The position numbers were made by a program, and so were the translations under genes. Below are positions 40,917-50,640 of a DNA stretch of 64,000 nucleotides, piece by piece. The notes under the pieces were generated by a model. That model saw only the letters and a list, made by a program, of their open reading frames with translations. It had not been told where the DNA came from and searched no databases. Position 1 is the stretch's first letter, and every line of letters starts with the position of its first letter. Source of the stretch: an uncultured Actinomycetota bacterium (GTDB lineage: Bacteria > Actinomycetota > Actinomycetes > Streptosporangiales > Streptosporangiaceae). The stretch spans positions 226 through 64,225 of the forward strand of contig CAVZEQ010000006.1 in assembly GCA_963774385.1 (NCBI GenBank), given 5' to 3'.

Positions 40917-41647
40917 TCGTAAGACCTCCGCTCGTCCGGCGGCGGGATGGTCGCGCCGCGGTACTCGACTGGGATGCCACCGAGCGGGTAGTCCTTCCGC
41001 TGCGGGTGACCGCGCCAGTCATCGGGCATCTCGATCCTGGTCAGCGCCTGGTGCCCATCGAAGATCAGGCCGAAGAAGTCCCAGGTCTCGCGCTCGTGCC
41101 AGTCGCACGTAGGGTAAATGCCGGTGACGGACGGGATATGCGGATCGGCATCCGGGACAGTGACCTCGACCCGCAGCCGGCGGTTGTGAGTGATCGACAG
41201 CAAGTGGTACACCGCGTGCAGTTCTCCGCCGACCTCGGCCGGGTAGTGCACGCCGGAGACACCGAGGCACAGCTCAAACGCGAGCGACGGGTCGTCCCGC
41301 AGCCGCGACGCCACCGTCAGCAAGTGCTCTCTGCGCACATAGATGGTCAGGTCGCCGCTGCTGACCACAACCTGCTCCACCGCGTCGTCGAAACTCGCGC
41401 CCGCCCCGGCCAGCGCACTGGCCAGCGCATCGGCTACATCATCGAAATAGGAGCCGTACGGGCGCGGGCTAGCCAGCCGTGGCGCCCTGCGCACCTGGAG
41501 CCCGCCGTAACCGGAGGTGTCGCCGGTCGAGCCCGCGCCGAACATGCCGGTCCGGGCCACCGGCTCGGCCAGCCGGTCCCGGCCTGCTACCGCAGCCGGG
41601 TCAGGCACCGAACCCTGACCCTGAGCCGCCTTATCCTGTCCGGTCAC
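40913..41647 (-). CDS. nuoC: NADH-quinone oxidoreductase subunit C
   Basis: 244 aa. Contains [19 protein letters not shown]. Confidence 0.93.
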   Translation of the reverse strand: MTGQDKAAQGQGSVPDPAAVAGRDRLAEPVARTGMFGAGSTGDTSGYGGLQVRRAPRLASPRPYGSYFDDVADALASALAGAGASFDDAVEQVVVSSGDLTIYVRREHLLTVASRLRDDPSLAFELCLGVSGVHYPAEVGGELHAVYHLLSITHNRRLRVEVTVPDADPHIPSVTGIYPTCDWHERETWDFFGLIFDGHQALTRIEMPDDWRGHPQRKDYPLGGIPVEYRGATIPPPDERRSYE

Positions 41648-42228
41648 TGAGCCATCCCCTGCTGCGATGGGACGGCGCTGTCGTGCAGCAGCGGCAGGCG
41701 ACGGAGCCTGGCCTGCTCAAGCTCGGTGACCTCGCGCTCCCGGTTCACGCCCAGCTTCATGTTCTGGATCTTGTCGTGCAGCTTGACGATGGCGTCCAGC
41801 AGCATCTCCGGGCGCGGCGGGCAGCCCGGCAGGTAGATGTCAACCGGAACGATGTGGTCGACGCCCTGGACGATGGCGTAGTTGTTGAACATGCCGCCGC
41901 TGGATGCGCAGACGCCCATCGAGATGACCCACTTCGGGTCAGCCATCTGGTCGTAGATCTGCCGCAGCACCGGCGCCATCTTCTGGCTCACCCGCCCGGC
42001 CACGATCATCAGGTCCGCCTGGCGCGGTGTGTTCGAGGCCCGCTCCATGCCGAACCTGGCCAGGTCATGGCGCGGACCACCGGTGGCCATCAGCTCTATG
42101 GCGCAGCAGGCGAGTCCGAACGTGGCCGGCCACACTGAGCTCTTCCTGGCATACCCGGCAAGCTTCTCGACCGTCGTCAGCAGCACGCCGGCTGGCAGTT
42201 TTTCCTCTAGTCCCATGCCTAATCCCAC
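41644..42228 (-). CDS. nuoB: NADH-quinone oxidoreductase subunit B
   Basis: 194 aa. Motifs GLACCAIE and LPGCPPRPE. Confidence 0.95.
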   Translation of the reverse strand: MGLGMGLEEKLPAGVLLTTVEKLAGYARKSSVWPATFGLACCAIELMATGGPRHDLARFGMERASNTPRQADLMIVAGRVSQKMAPVLRQIYDQMADPKWVISMGVCASSGGMFNNYAIVQGVDHIVPVDIYLPGCPPRPEMLLDAIVKLHDKIQNMKLGVNREREVTELEQARLRRLPLLHDSAVPSQQGMAQ

Positions 42229-42575
42229 TCCAGGCCGCCGCGCCGCCAGACGTAGACGTACGCGACCAGCACCGTGGCAATAAAGGTGACCATCTCCACC
42301 AGCCCGAAGGCCCCGAGCCGGTCAAAGTAGACCGCCCACGGGTACAAGAAGATGATCTCGATGTCAAAGACGATGAACAGCATCGCCGTCAGGTAGTACT
42401 TGACCGGGAACCGGATCCCGCTGGCCTGCCGAGTCGGCTCGATGCCGCACTCGTAGGCCTCGAGCTTCGCCCGGTTCCATCGTTTGGGACCGGAAACAGC
42501 GCCCAGGACCAGCGAGAAGACGGCGAACGCCGCCGCCAGCGCGCCGAGTACCAGAATCGGTACATAAAGGCTCAT
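42219..42575 (-). CDS. nuoA: NADH-quinone oxidoreductase subunit A
   Basis: 118 aa. Motifs YECGIEP and [12 protein letters not shown]. Confidence 0.93.
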   Translation of the reverse strand: MSLYVPILVLGALAAAFAVFSLVLGAVSGPKRWNRAKLEAYECGIEPTRQASGIRFPVKYYLTAMLFIVFDIEIIFLYPWAVYFDRLGAFGLVEMVTFIATVLVAYVYVWRRGGLEWD

Positions 42576-42599
42576 CGCTCCGCCACTCCCCTATCTCGG

Positions 42600-44048
42600 C
42601 TATGCCGCCGGCGTCATCTTAGACACCGCATTGATCAGCCGATCCACAGCGTCGCCACCTTTGGTTTCGGTGAGGTTGCCGAGGAACTTCATGGTGAAGC
42701 GCATCACCCACGGGCGCTTCACGCCATGCCTGGTCGCGAACTGCATGAAGGATGGCTTACTGATCAGGTCGACGAAGACCCGGCCGAGCGTGTAATAGCC
42801 GCCATAGGCGTCCTTCAGCTGCGCCGGGTACGTCTGCAGCACCCGTTCGCGGCCGGCCGCGGTTGGCCGGGCCAGCGCCTGGGTGATCACCCGCGCCGCT
42901 ATCTCACCGGACTCCAGTGCGTAGGCAATGCCCTCGCCGTTGAACGGGTTCACCATCCCGCCGGCGTCGCCTGCCAGCAGCAGGCCCCGGGTGTAATGCG
43001 GTGTCCGGTTGAATCCCATCGGCAGCGCGGCACCCCGGACTGCCTGGGTCCTGTTCTCCTCGGTGAATCCCCACTCGGCGGGCATCGCCGCCAGCCACCG
43101 TCGCAACAGCGCCCGGTAGTCGATCTCCCCGAACCCGGTGGAGGAATTGAGCAGGCCAAGGCCGACGTTGGAGGTGCCGTCGCCCATGCCGAAGATCCAG
43201 CCATAGCCGGGCAGCAAGGTGGTGCCGTCCCACAGGTCAAGCCAGGCCTCAAGGTAATCGTCGTTGTGCCGCGGGGACTTGTAGTAAGTACGGACAGCCA
43301 CGCCTAGCGGCCGGTCATCGCGCTTGTGCAAGCCCATCGATACCGACAGCCGGGACGAGTTGCCGTCCGCGGCCACCACCAGCCGCCCGTGATACTGCTG
43401 GCCGGACTTGGTGGTCACCCCGGTGATGCGGCCGGTCCTGTCATCGAGCACCGGCCCGGTGACCGTGACGCCCTCGGACAGCCGGGCGCCTGCCTTCTCC
43501 GCATGCCTGGCCAGAATCTGGTCGAAGTCCGTTCGGGTCCGGACCAGGCCGTAGCCGGGGTAGCTGGACAGGTCGGGCCAGTCGAGCTCGATCCGGCCGC
43601 CGCCGCCGATGATCCGCAGGCCCTTGTTCCGCAGCCAGCCATCCCGCTCTGCTGTCGGAACGCCCATCGAGGTGAGCGCCTTGACCGCGCGCGGCGTCAG
43701 GCCATCGCCGCAGACCTTCTCACGCGGGTAGCTGGTCTTCTCCAGCACCACGACGTCCAGCCCAGCGCTCGCCAGGTAGTACGCGACAGCCGAGCCCGCG
43801 GGCCCGCCGCCGACGACGATGACGTCCGCGCTGTCGGCAGGCTGCGCGGCTGCTCCGGCGCGGCTGGCCTGCCGTCCGCCGGGACGCGGCACGCGAGTCC
43901 TGACTTCCCGAGGACCAGCGTCTCCGGCTCGCGCCAGCCCGGCGTCTGCGGGCTCAGCGCTTGCGGGCACCGTGGTGCCGCGCGCGGTATTAGTGCCGTC
44001 CTGGGGGGCCAAGTCTGGCGTGCCGGCTGGGGGTGATTGCTCGGTCAC
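42600..44048 (-). CDS. menJ: geranylgeranyl reductase family flavoprotein (menaquinone side-chain reductase, MenJ-like)
   Basis: FAD motif VIVVGGGPAGS, plus CGDGLTPR. Synteny with menG and the polyprenyl synthase supports the call. It has a ~75-aa low-complexity N-terminal extension. Confidence 0.78.
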   Translation of the reverse strand: MTEQSPPAGTPDLAPQDGTNTARGTTVPASAEPADAGLARAGDAGPREVRTRVPRPGGRQASRAGAAAQPADSADVIVVGGGPAGSAVAYYLASAGLDVVVLEKTSYPREKVCGDGLTPRAVKALTSMGVPTAERDGWLRNKGLRIIGGGGRIELDWPDLSSYPGYGLVRTRTDFDQILARHAEKAGARLSEGVTVTGPVLDDRTGRITGVTTKSGQQYHGRLVVAADGNSSRLSVSMGLHKRDDRPLGVAVRTYYKSPRHNDDYLEAWLDLWDGTTLLPGYGWIFGMGDGTSNVGLGLLNSSTGFGEIDYRALLRRWLAAMPAEWGFTEENRTQAVRGAALPMGFNRTPHYTRGLLLAGDAGGMVNPFNGEGIAYALESGEIAARVITQALARPTAAGRERVLQTYPAQLKDAYGGYYTLGRVFVDLISKPSFMQFATRHGVKRPWVMRFTMKFLGNLTETKGGDAVDRLINAVSKMTPAA

Positions 44049-44051
44049 GGA

Positions 44052-44133
44052 CCCGTCCTGACTGTCTTGTGAACCTCTTCACAAGAGCTTCCAAAGCTGC
44101 AGTCTAGTCCTGGCGAGTTCCCGTCAGGACGGG
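44052..44133 (-). other. nested inverted repeats in the menG-menJ spacer
   Basis: The outer 11-bp repeat is CCCGTCCTGAC (44052-62) pairing with GTCAGGACGGG (44123-33). The inner 9-bp hairpin is TCTTGTGAA-CCTC-TTCACAAGA (44065-86). Confidence 0.45.
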
Positions 44134-44154
44134 ACCCCGCGTGCGGACTCCGGC

Positions 44155-44853
44155 CTAGCCCGGACGCCGCGCTTCGTGCAGCGCGACGACGCCGAGGGTC
44201 AGGTTCCGCCAGCTCACTGCTGCCCAGCCGGCCGTGGCGATCTGACCCGCCAGGACGTGCTGAGGCGGCCAGTCCCTGATCGACTCGGCCAGGTACTCAT
44301 AGGCCTCGGCGTTGCCGGACAACCGCCGGGCGACAGCCGGCAATGCCCTGGTCAGGTACTGCTCGTACAGGGCGTTGAGCCTGGCCACCGGCAGATGGCT
44401 GAACTCGCAGATGACCAGGCGTCCGCCTGGCCGGGTTACCCGCAGCAGCTCGGTCAGCGCCTGGCCGGTATCAGCGACGTTCCGCAGCCCGAACGAGATC
44501 GTCACGGCGTCAAAGACTGAGTCGCGGAACGGCAGCGCAAGCGCATCGCCGGCCGCGAAGCTCAGCCCGCTGGCCGGCCTGGCCGCACCGACCGAGAGCA
44601 TGCCGAACGAGAAGTCACAGGCGACGCACCGCGCACCGGCCGACGTGAAGGTCCGTGACGACGTTCCGGTGCCAGCCGCCAGGTCCAGCACCAGCTGGCC
44701 CGGGCCTGCCCCGACAGCCTTGGCCACTACCTTGCGCCAGTACCGGTCCATGCCCAGCGACAGCGCATCGTTGAGCACGTCGTAGCGGTCGGCCACCTTG
44801 TCAAACATGGCCGAGACTTCGGCGGGCTTCTTATCGAGCTGGGCTCGCGTCAT
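44155..44853 (-). CDS. menG: demethylmenaquinone methyltransferase
   Basis: The ATG at 44853 overlaps the rfbB stop (ATGA). Motifs [25 protein letters not shown] and VLDLAAGTG. Confidence 0.9.
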   Translation of the reverse strand: MTRAQLDKKPAEVSAMFDKVADRYDVLNDALSLGMDRYWRKVVAKAVGAGPGQLVLDLAAGTGTSSRTFTSAGARCVACDFSFGMLSVGAARPASGLSFAAGDALALPFRDSVFDAVTISFGLRNVADTGQALTELLRVTRPGGRLVICEFSHLPVARLNALYEQYLTRALPAVARRLSGNAEAYEYLAESIRDWPPQHVLAGQIATAGWAAVSWRNLTLGVVALHEARRPG

Positions 44854-45866
44854 ACGCCCAGCCTGGCATATCCGGCGGCCGCGGCTAGCGCGGGTGCGGC
44901 CACCCTGAGTGGCTCCCACCAGGCGCGGTTCGCGGCATACCAGCGCACCGTGTCCGCCAGCCCTGCTGAGAACCGGATCGCGGGCGCGTAGCCGAGCGCC
45001 CGCATCGCGGAGTCGTCCAGCGAGTACCTGCGGTCGTGGCCGTGGCGATCGGTGACATAATCCACCGCTTCCCAGCCGGCCCCGCAGGCCGCCAGCAGCA
45101 TGCTGGTCAGCTCGGAGTTGACGAGTTCCACATCACCGCCGATGTGATAGACGCGGCCCGGCGTGCCTCGCTCCGCCGCCAGCTGGATACCACGGCAGTG
45201 ATCATCGACATGCACCCACTCGCGGCTGGATCCGCCGTCGCCATAGAGCGGCACCCGCGCACCGTCCAGCAGGTTCGTGATGAACAGCGGGATTACCTTC
45301 TCTGGGTACTGATACCGGCCGTAGGTGTTGCAGCCGCGGGTGATGACCACGTCCAGGCCGTGGGTGCGGTGGTATGCGGCCGCGATCAGGTCACCGCCCG
45401 CCTTAGCCGCGGAGTACGGCGAGCTGGGCTGCACCAGCGCGTCCTCGGCCCATGATCCCTGCTCGATCGATCCGTAGACCTCATCGGTCGACACCTGGAC
45501 CACTCGCGGCACGGCCGCGTCCAGGCATGCCTGCATGAGCGTCTGCACTCCAGCCACGTTGGTCGCCACGAACGGTGCCGCGCTGGCGATAGACCGGTCC
45601 ACGTGGGTCTCGGCGGCGAAGTTGACGACCAGGTCGTGGCCGGGAACGAGGGCCGCCAGCAGCCCGGCATCGCAGATGTCGCCATGCACGAAGGTCAGGT
45701 CCGGATGGCCGGCGACCGGGCGCAGGTTCGCGAGATTGCCGGAGTACGTCAGCTTGTCCAGCACGGTGACGCGGGCGGCCGCGGTTCCCGGATATTCGCA
45801 TGACAGCAACGTGCGGACGTAATGCGAGCCGATGAACCCGGCTCCGCCGGTTACCAGAATCCTCAT
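44850..45866 (-). CDS. rfbB: dTDP-glucose 4,6-dehydratase
   Basis: The ATG at 45866 gives [16 protein letters not shown]. Other motifs: STDEVYG, YSAAKAG, DRRYSLD. Confidence 0.9.
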   Translation of the reverse strand: MRILVTGGAGFIGSHYVRTLLSCEYPGTAAARVTVLDKLTYSGNLANLRPVAGHPDLTFVHGDICDAGLLAALVPGHDLVVNFAAETHVDRSIASAAPFVATNVAGVQTLMQACLDAAVPRVVQVSTDEVYGSIEQGSWAEDALVQPSSPYSAAKAGGDLIAAAYHRTHGLDVVITRGCNTYGRYQYPEKVIPLFITNLLDGARVPLYGDGGSSREWVHVDDHCRGIQLAAERGTPGRVYHIGGDVELVNSELTSMLLAACGAGWEAVDYVTDRHGHDRRYSLDDSAMRALGYAPAIRFSAGLADTVRWYAANRAWWEPLRVAAPALAAAAGYARLGV

Positions 45867-45918
45867 GCCGCCACCACCCTGTTGGTCCGCCGGAATCGGC
45901 GCGGGCGGCACCAGCCGC

Positions 45919-47229
45919 TCAGTTATCGGTGATCATCGCCGCGCCGACCGTCGCGCTGGTGCCCTCGTCTATCAGGATCAGGCCGCCGGTCAGCCGGTTA
46001 CGCGAGTAGGGGTCGCAGAACAGCGGCTGCGTTACCCGGAGCGTCACCCGGCCGATCTCGTTCAGCCGGAGTTCGCCAGCCTCCTCGTCGCGATGCAGCG
46101 TGTTGACGTCCAGTCGGTAATGCAGGTCGCGGACGATGGCCTTGACCGTCCTGGTCGTGTGCTTGACGATCACGCGGCTGCCGGGCGTCAGCGCCTTGGT
46201 GTCCGACATCCAGCACAGCATCGCCTCGATATCTTGCGTCGCGGTCGGCTGGTTGTGCGGCCGGCAGAACATGTCGCCCCGCGAGACATCCAGGTCGTCG
46301 GCAAGAAGCAACGTCACGGACATCGGCGGGAAAGCCTCGGCCACCGGTCCGCGGGCGGTGTCGATGCGGCTGATCGTCGTGGTCAGGCCCGACGGAAGGT
46401 GCATGATCTCGTCGCCGACCTTGAGCACTCCGCCCGCTATCTGGCCCGCATAGCCGCGGTAGTCGTGCAGTTCCGGGTCGGTGGCCTGGTGCGGCCTGAT
46501 GACGTACTGAACCGGGAACCGCACGTCGATGAGGTTGCGGTCGGAGGCGATATGCACATGCTCCAGGTGATGCAGCAGCGACGGGCCGTCATACCACTGC
46601 ATGTTGGCGGACCGCTGAACTACGTTGTCGCCGTGCAGCGCCGAGATGGGGATGAAGGTCAGGTCGCCGATCTCCAGTTTGGCCGCGAACGCGGTGAACT
46701 CCTCGACGATCCGGTCGAAGACCTCGGCGCTGTAATCGACAAGGTCCATCTTGTTGACCGCGAGCACCAGGTGCGGGACCCGGAGCAAGGTGGCCAGGAA
46801 CGCGTGCCTGCGGCTCTGCTCGGTCAGGCCGTTGCGCGCGTCGACCAGCACGATGGCCAGGTCGGCTGTGGAGGCGCCGGTGACCATGTTGCGGGTGTAC
46901 TGGATGTGGCCAGGCGTGTCGGCGATGATGAATTTGCGCCGCGGCGTGGCGAAGTAGCGGTAGGCCACGTCGATGGTGATGCCCTGCTCGCGCTCGGCAC
47001 GCAGCCCATCGGTGAGCAGCGCGAGGTTGGTGTACTCCTCGCCGCGTTCCTTGCTGGTCCGCTCGACGGCGGCCAGCTGGTCTTCGAAGATCGCCTTGGA
47101 GTCGAAGAGCAGGCGGCCGATGAGCGTGCTCTTGCCGTCGTCCACCGAACCCGCCGTGGCCAGGCGCAGGATGTCCATGTGCCGGGCAGCCTCGGCCGGG
47201 TTGCCGTGATCTGCGTGCGTGGCCGTCAT
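45919..47229 (-). CDS. cysN: sulfate adenylyltransferase subunit 1 (GTPase); no fused APS-kinase domain
   Basis: 436 aa. Motifs GSVDDGKSTLIGRLL, DTPGH and NKMD. Confidence 0.92.
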   Translation of the reverse strand: MTATHADHGNPAEAARHMDILRLATAGSVDDGKSTLIGRLLFDSKAIFEDQLAAVERTSKERGEEYTNLALLTDGLRAEREQGITIDVAYRYFATPRRKFIIADTPGHIQYTRNMVTGASTADLAIVLVDARNGLTEQSRRHAFLATLLRVPHLVLAVNKMDLVDYSAEVFDRIVEEFTAFAAKLEIGDLTFIPISALHGDNVVQRSANMQWYDGPSLLHHLEHVHIASDRNLIDVRFPVQYVIRPHQATDPELHDYRGYAGQIAGGVLKVGDEIMHLPSGLTTTISRIDTARGPVAEAFPPMSVTLLLADDLDVSRGDMFCRPHNQPTATQDIEAMLCWMSDTKALTPGSRVIVKHTTRTVKAIVRDLHYRLDVNTLHRDEEAGELRLNEIGRVTLRVTQPLFCDPYSRNRLTGGLILIDEGTSATVGAAMITDN

Positions 47230-48149
47230 CAGAAGTAGCCCTCCCGCTTGCGGTCTTCCATCGCCGAGTCGCTGGCCCGGTCATCGGCTCGGGTCTGGCC
47301 GCGTTCGGTGATCCTGGTAGCGGAGATCTCCGCGATCACGTCGTCCACCGTCGTGGCGGTGGACGCGACCGCTCCTGTGCACGTCATGTCGCCCACCGTC
47401 CGGTACCGGACTCTGGCCTCGAACAGCGGCTCGTCATCCAGCCGGGTGACGAACTCGTTGTCGGCGAGCAGGATGCCGTCGCGCTCGAAGACCAGGCGCG
47501 TGTGCGCGAAGTAGATGGACGGGATCTCCAGCTGTTCCCTGGCGATGTAGTGCCAGATGTCCAGCTCAGTCCAGTTCGACAGCGGGAAGACTCGGATGTG
47601 CTCGCCGCGCCTGATCCTGGTGTTGTAGATGTTCCACAGCTCCGGCCGCTGGTTCTTCGGGTCCCACTGGCCGAATTCGTCCCGGAAGGAGAACACCCGT
47701 TCCTTCGCCCTGGCCCGTTCCTCATCCCGGCGCGCCCCGCCGAAGGCGGCATCGAATCTGTGCTCGGCCAGTGCATCCAGCAGCGGAATGGTCTGCAGCT
47801 TGTTCCTGCTCGCCCACCGGCCGGTCTCCTCCACGACCTTGCCGGCGTCGATGGCGTCTTGCACCGATGCGACGACCAGCCGGACACCTAGCTCGGCCAC
47901 CCGCTGATCCCGGAACCCGAGCACCTCGGCGAAGTTGTGACCGGTGTCGACGTGCATGACCGGGAACGGGATCTTGGCCGGCCAGAACGCCCGCTCGGCG
48001 AGCGCCAGCATGACGATCGAGTCCTTGCCCCCGGAGAACAGCAGCACGGGCCGCTCGAACTCGGCGGCAACCTCGCGCATGATGTGGATCGACTCAGCCT
48101 CAAGGACATCCAGCTGAGACATCAGGTAGTCGGTGCGGCTCGGTGCCAT
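47229..48149 (-). CDS. cysD: sulfate adenylyltransferase subunit 2
   Basis: 306 aa. Motifs FSGGKDSIVML and TERGQTRADDR. Its stop shares 1 nt with the cysN ATG. Confidence 0.93.
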   Translation of the reverse strand: MAPSRTDYLMSQLDVLEAESIHIMREVAAEFERPVLLFSGGKDSIVMLALAERAFWPAKIPFPVMHVDTGHNFAEVLGFRDQRVAELGVRLVVASVQDAIDAGKVVEETGRWASRNKLQTIPLLDALAEHRFDAAFGGARRDEERARAKERVFSFRDEFGQWDPKNQRPELWNIYNTRIRRGEHIRVFPLSNWTELDIWHYIAREQLEIPSIYFAHTRLVFERDGILLADNEFVTRLDDEPLFEARVRYRTVGDMTCTGAVASTATTVDDVIAEISATRITERGQTRADDRASDSAMEDRKREGYF

Positions 48150-48215
48150 CAGGAAAGCTCCGGATCCCTGGCTCGGATAGTGTGCGGATTGGCTCGGGGC
48201 TGGCGGATTACGTAC

Positions 48216-49022
48216 CTACCCTGCCCGGCTATCGTGCTGTGCGCTGCCAATCGCAGACAGTAGCTGATCAGCGCACTCTACCGGACAAATGAGGATATCA
48301 GGTACCGACGGGTTCGGCTGGTTGTACCGCAGCGCTGAGCCGTCGATCCTGGACGCATGCAGTCCGGCTGCCCTGGCCACGGCTACCGGCGCCGCGGAGT
48401 CCCACTCGTACTGACCACCGCTGTGTACGTAGGCATCCGCCTGGCCGGTGATGACGGCTGCCGCCTTCGCCCCCGCTGACCCCATGGGGACCAGTTCAGC
48501 TCCCAGCTCGCCTGCCATCTTCTGTACGAACTCGGGCGGACGTGACCTGCTGACCAGCACCCGCATCGGTGCCTGCAGCTGGCGGTCCGGGCGGCTCGGC
48601 TCGGCGGTGCTCAGCACGCGGTCCTGGGCGGGCAGTGCAACCGCGCCCGCGACCAGGTCGCCGTCCTGCCAGAGGGCCACATGGACGGCCCAGTCGGCGC
48701 GGCCGCGCTCGCCGAACTCCCTGGTGCCGTCGAGCGGATCGATGATCCAGACCCGGCGTGCGGACAACCGGCCAGCGCTATCGGCCGCCTCCTCGGAGAG
48801 AACCGCGTCGCCGGGCCGGAGCCGCTGCAGCTCCGCAGCCAGGAACTCCTGCGACCGCAGATCGCCTTGCCGGCGTACCTCCGCGGCATCTGCGGACGCG
48901 GCAGCTAGCGCATCCCCGCTGCCCGCCGTCGCATAACCCGCGGCTGCCCGCAGGCTGAGCAACAACTGGCCAGCGGACGAGGCCAGGTCACGAGCCAGCA
49001 CGTCATCGCCGGGAAAGACCAC
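48216..49022 (-). CDS. cysQ: 3'(2'),5'-bisphosphate nucleotidase (inositol monophosphatase fold)
   Basis: 268 aa. Motifs WIIDPLDGTREF and EWDSAAPVAVA. Its context next to cysDN supports the call. Confidence 0.82.
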   Translation of the reverse strand: MVFPGDDVLARDLASSAGQLLLSLRAAAGYATAGSGDALAAASADAAEVRRQGDLRSQEFLAAELQRLRPGDAVLSEEAADSAGRLSARRVWIIDPLDGTREFGERGRADWAVHVALWQDGDLVAGAVALPAQDRVLSTAEPSRPDRQLQAPMRVLVSRSRPPEFVQKMAGELGAELVPMGSAGAKAAAVITGQADAYVHSGGQYEWDSAAPVAVARAAGLHASRIDGSALRYNQPNPSVPDILICPVECADQLLSAIGSAQHDSRAG

Positions 49023-49212
49023 GCACTCTCCATCCGGGAAGCGGCACCTTGGCCGCCAGCTCAGTAAGTGCGCGCCGCTTGCCCGCCGCGAACTGACGCT
49101 GCCACGACGTGGCAGCTGCCTGCGCGCCAGAGGTCATGATACCCGCTGTTCACGGCTCACCGCCGCGGCTGCCGATGAGCTCGCTGCGGCCGGGCAGCGC
49201 GACCGCGGCTGC

Positions 49213-49794
49213 CTAGTCACTGGCCGGGTGGAATTCGTTCTGCGCGGCGTCCAGGCCACGGGTTAGCAGCGTCACCGTCGCGTCAGCCGCCCTGGCCAGC
49301 ACGAACGGCAGTTCCTTCTGCTCGGCTGCGGAGAAGTTGCGCAGCACGTAGTCGGCCGGATCCATCCGGCCTGGCGGCCGTCCGATGCCGATCCTGACGC
49401 GGTGGTAGTCCCTGGTGCCGAGCGCTGCGGTTATCGAGCGCAGCCCGTTATGACCGTTGTCGCCGCCACCGAGCTTCAGCCGCACGGTGCCGAACGGAAG
49501 GTCGAGCTCGTCATGCACCACGACGATGCGGTCCGGCGCAATCTTGTAGAACGCGCGCACGGCCGCGACCGGACCGCCGGACACGTTCATGAAGCTGTTC
49601 GGCTTGGCGAGTACCGCCCGAACGCCAGATACCACCGCAGCCGCCGTCATGGCCCGCGACCTGTCCCGCCTGAAGCTTGCCCCGGCATCTGCCGCCAGCA
49701 CGTCGCAGCACATGAAGCCGACGTTGTGCCGGTTGCCCGCATACTGCGGGCCTGGATTACCCAGGCCAGCTATCAGCCAGCGATCGTCGGCCAC
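49213..49794 (-). CDS. pth: peptidyl-tRNA hydrolase
   Basis: 193 aa. Motifs [21 protein letters not shown] and [11 protein letters not shown]. Confidence 0.93.
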   Translation of the reverse strand: MADDRWLIAGLGNPGPQYAGNRHNVGFMCCDVLAADAGASFRRDRSRAMTAAAVVSGVRAVLAKPNSFMNVSGGPVAAVRAFYKIAPDRIVVVHDELDLPFGTVRLKLGGGDNGHNGLRSITAALGTRDYHRVRIGIGRPPGRMDPADYVLRNFSAAEQKELPFVLARAADATVTLLTRGLDAAQNEFHPASD

Positions 49795-49865
49795 TGTCGG
49801 CAGGCTCGGCCATCACCGCGCACCGCACTGGCACGCAGGCTGCAGGCCAGGTTAGCGAGCACGAC

Positions 49866-50546
49866 TCAGGACGCATCCCCGGCTGGCTCAGCCGGTGCAC
49901 TGCCAGCGGCGGCCTCAGCCTCAGCAGGCTGCCCGGCCGCGGCCTCGGCGGTGGGCTCGGCGGCCTCAGCCTCGGGCAGGCCAAGGTCGGCCTCGAGCTG
50001 CTCAGCAGTCGGCGCAGCGAGCACGTGCACGACGAGCGTCTCGGGCTCGACAGCGAGCGATACGCCGCGTGGCAGCGTCAGGTCACCGGCATGCACCGAG
50101 TCGCCGATCCGCATGCCCGCAATGCTGACCTCGATGCCAGGCGGGATGTTGGTGGCCTCTGCCTCCACGGAAATCTGCACGAGCTGCTGGTCAAGCAAGC
50201 CGTCCGGGCCGATCTCACCGACCAGGGTCAGCGGCACATCGACGGTCACCTTCTCGCCGCGACGGACCAGCAGCAGGTCCACGTGCTCCACGTAGCCCCT
50301 GATCGGGTCCCGCTGGACCGCCTTCGGCAAGGCGAGCTCGGCCCCGCCGGGCAGGCCCTCGAGCCTGATCAGGACGTTGGCGGTGCGCAGCGCCAGCAGC
50401 ACGTCGTGGCCGGGCAGCGTGAGGTGCCGCGGCTCCGCATGGTGGCCGTACAGCACGGCGGGAACCCGGCCGGCGCTCCTGGTACGGCGAGCCGGACCTT
50501 TGCCGAACTCCGTCCGTGGCTGCGCGTCGATACGTACCTCAGGCAC
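49866..50546 (-). CDS. rplY: 50S ribosomal protein L25/Ctc
   Basis: GTG start with AAGGAG 8 nt upstream. Contains RSAGRVPAVLYGH and an acidic Ala/Glu tail. Confidence 0.9.
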   Translation of the reverse strand: MPEVRIDAQPRTEFGKGPARRTRSAGRVPAVLYGHHAEPRHLTLPGHDVLLALRTANVLIRLEGLPGGAELALPKAVQRDPIRGYVEHVDLLLVRRGEKVTVDVPLTLVGEIGPDGLLDQQLVQISVEAEATNIPPGIEVSIAGMRIGDSVHAGDLTLPRGVSLAVEPETLVVHVLAAPTAEQLEADLGLPEAEAAEPTAEAAAGQPAEAEAAAGSAPAEPAGDAS

Positions 50547-50640
50547 TGTGGCACTCCTTGAGATGACAGAAAATCCCTGCGCAGTCTACCCTGGCCCGCA
50601 GGCAGGCCGGGTCAGCGGCGCCGATCCTGGCCGGCACCGG

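Noticed and set aside
26423-44061. Many 100-500-aa ORFs on the plus strand or in alternative minus frames across the nuo/menJ region (e.g. 26539..27465, 29112..30119, 30706..31689, 33503..34987, 35089..36258, 38114..39145, 42027..43307)
   Set aside because: All overlap nuo or menJ genes that have unambiguous signatures. Their translations are Arg/Pro/Gly-rich, typical of GC-bias artefacts.
45832-47238. 468-aa plus-strand ORF opposite cysN
   Set aside because: CysN on the minus strand has the complete GTPase motifs. The plus-strand frame is an artefact of GC-rich codon structure.
49098-49116. 8-bp hairpin (GCTGCCAC-GAC-GTGGCAGC) between pth and cysQ as a terminator
   Set aside because: The stem is short, the loop is only 3 nt, and there is no U-tract. 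This is insufficient support.
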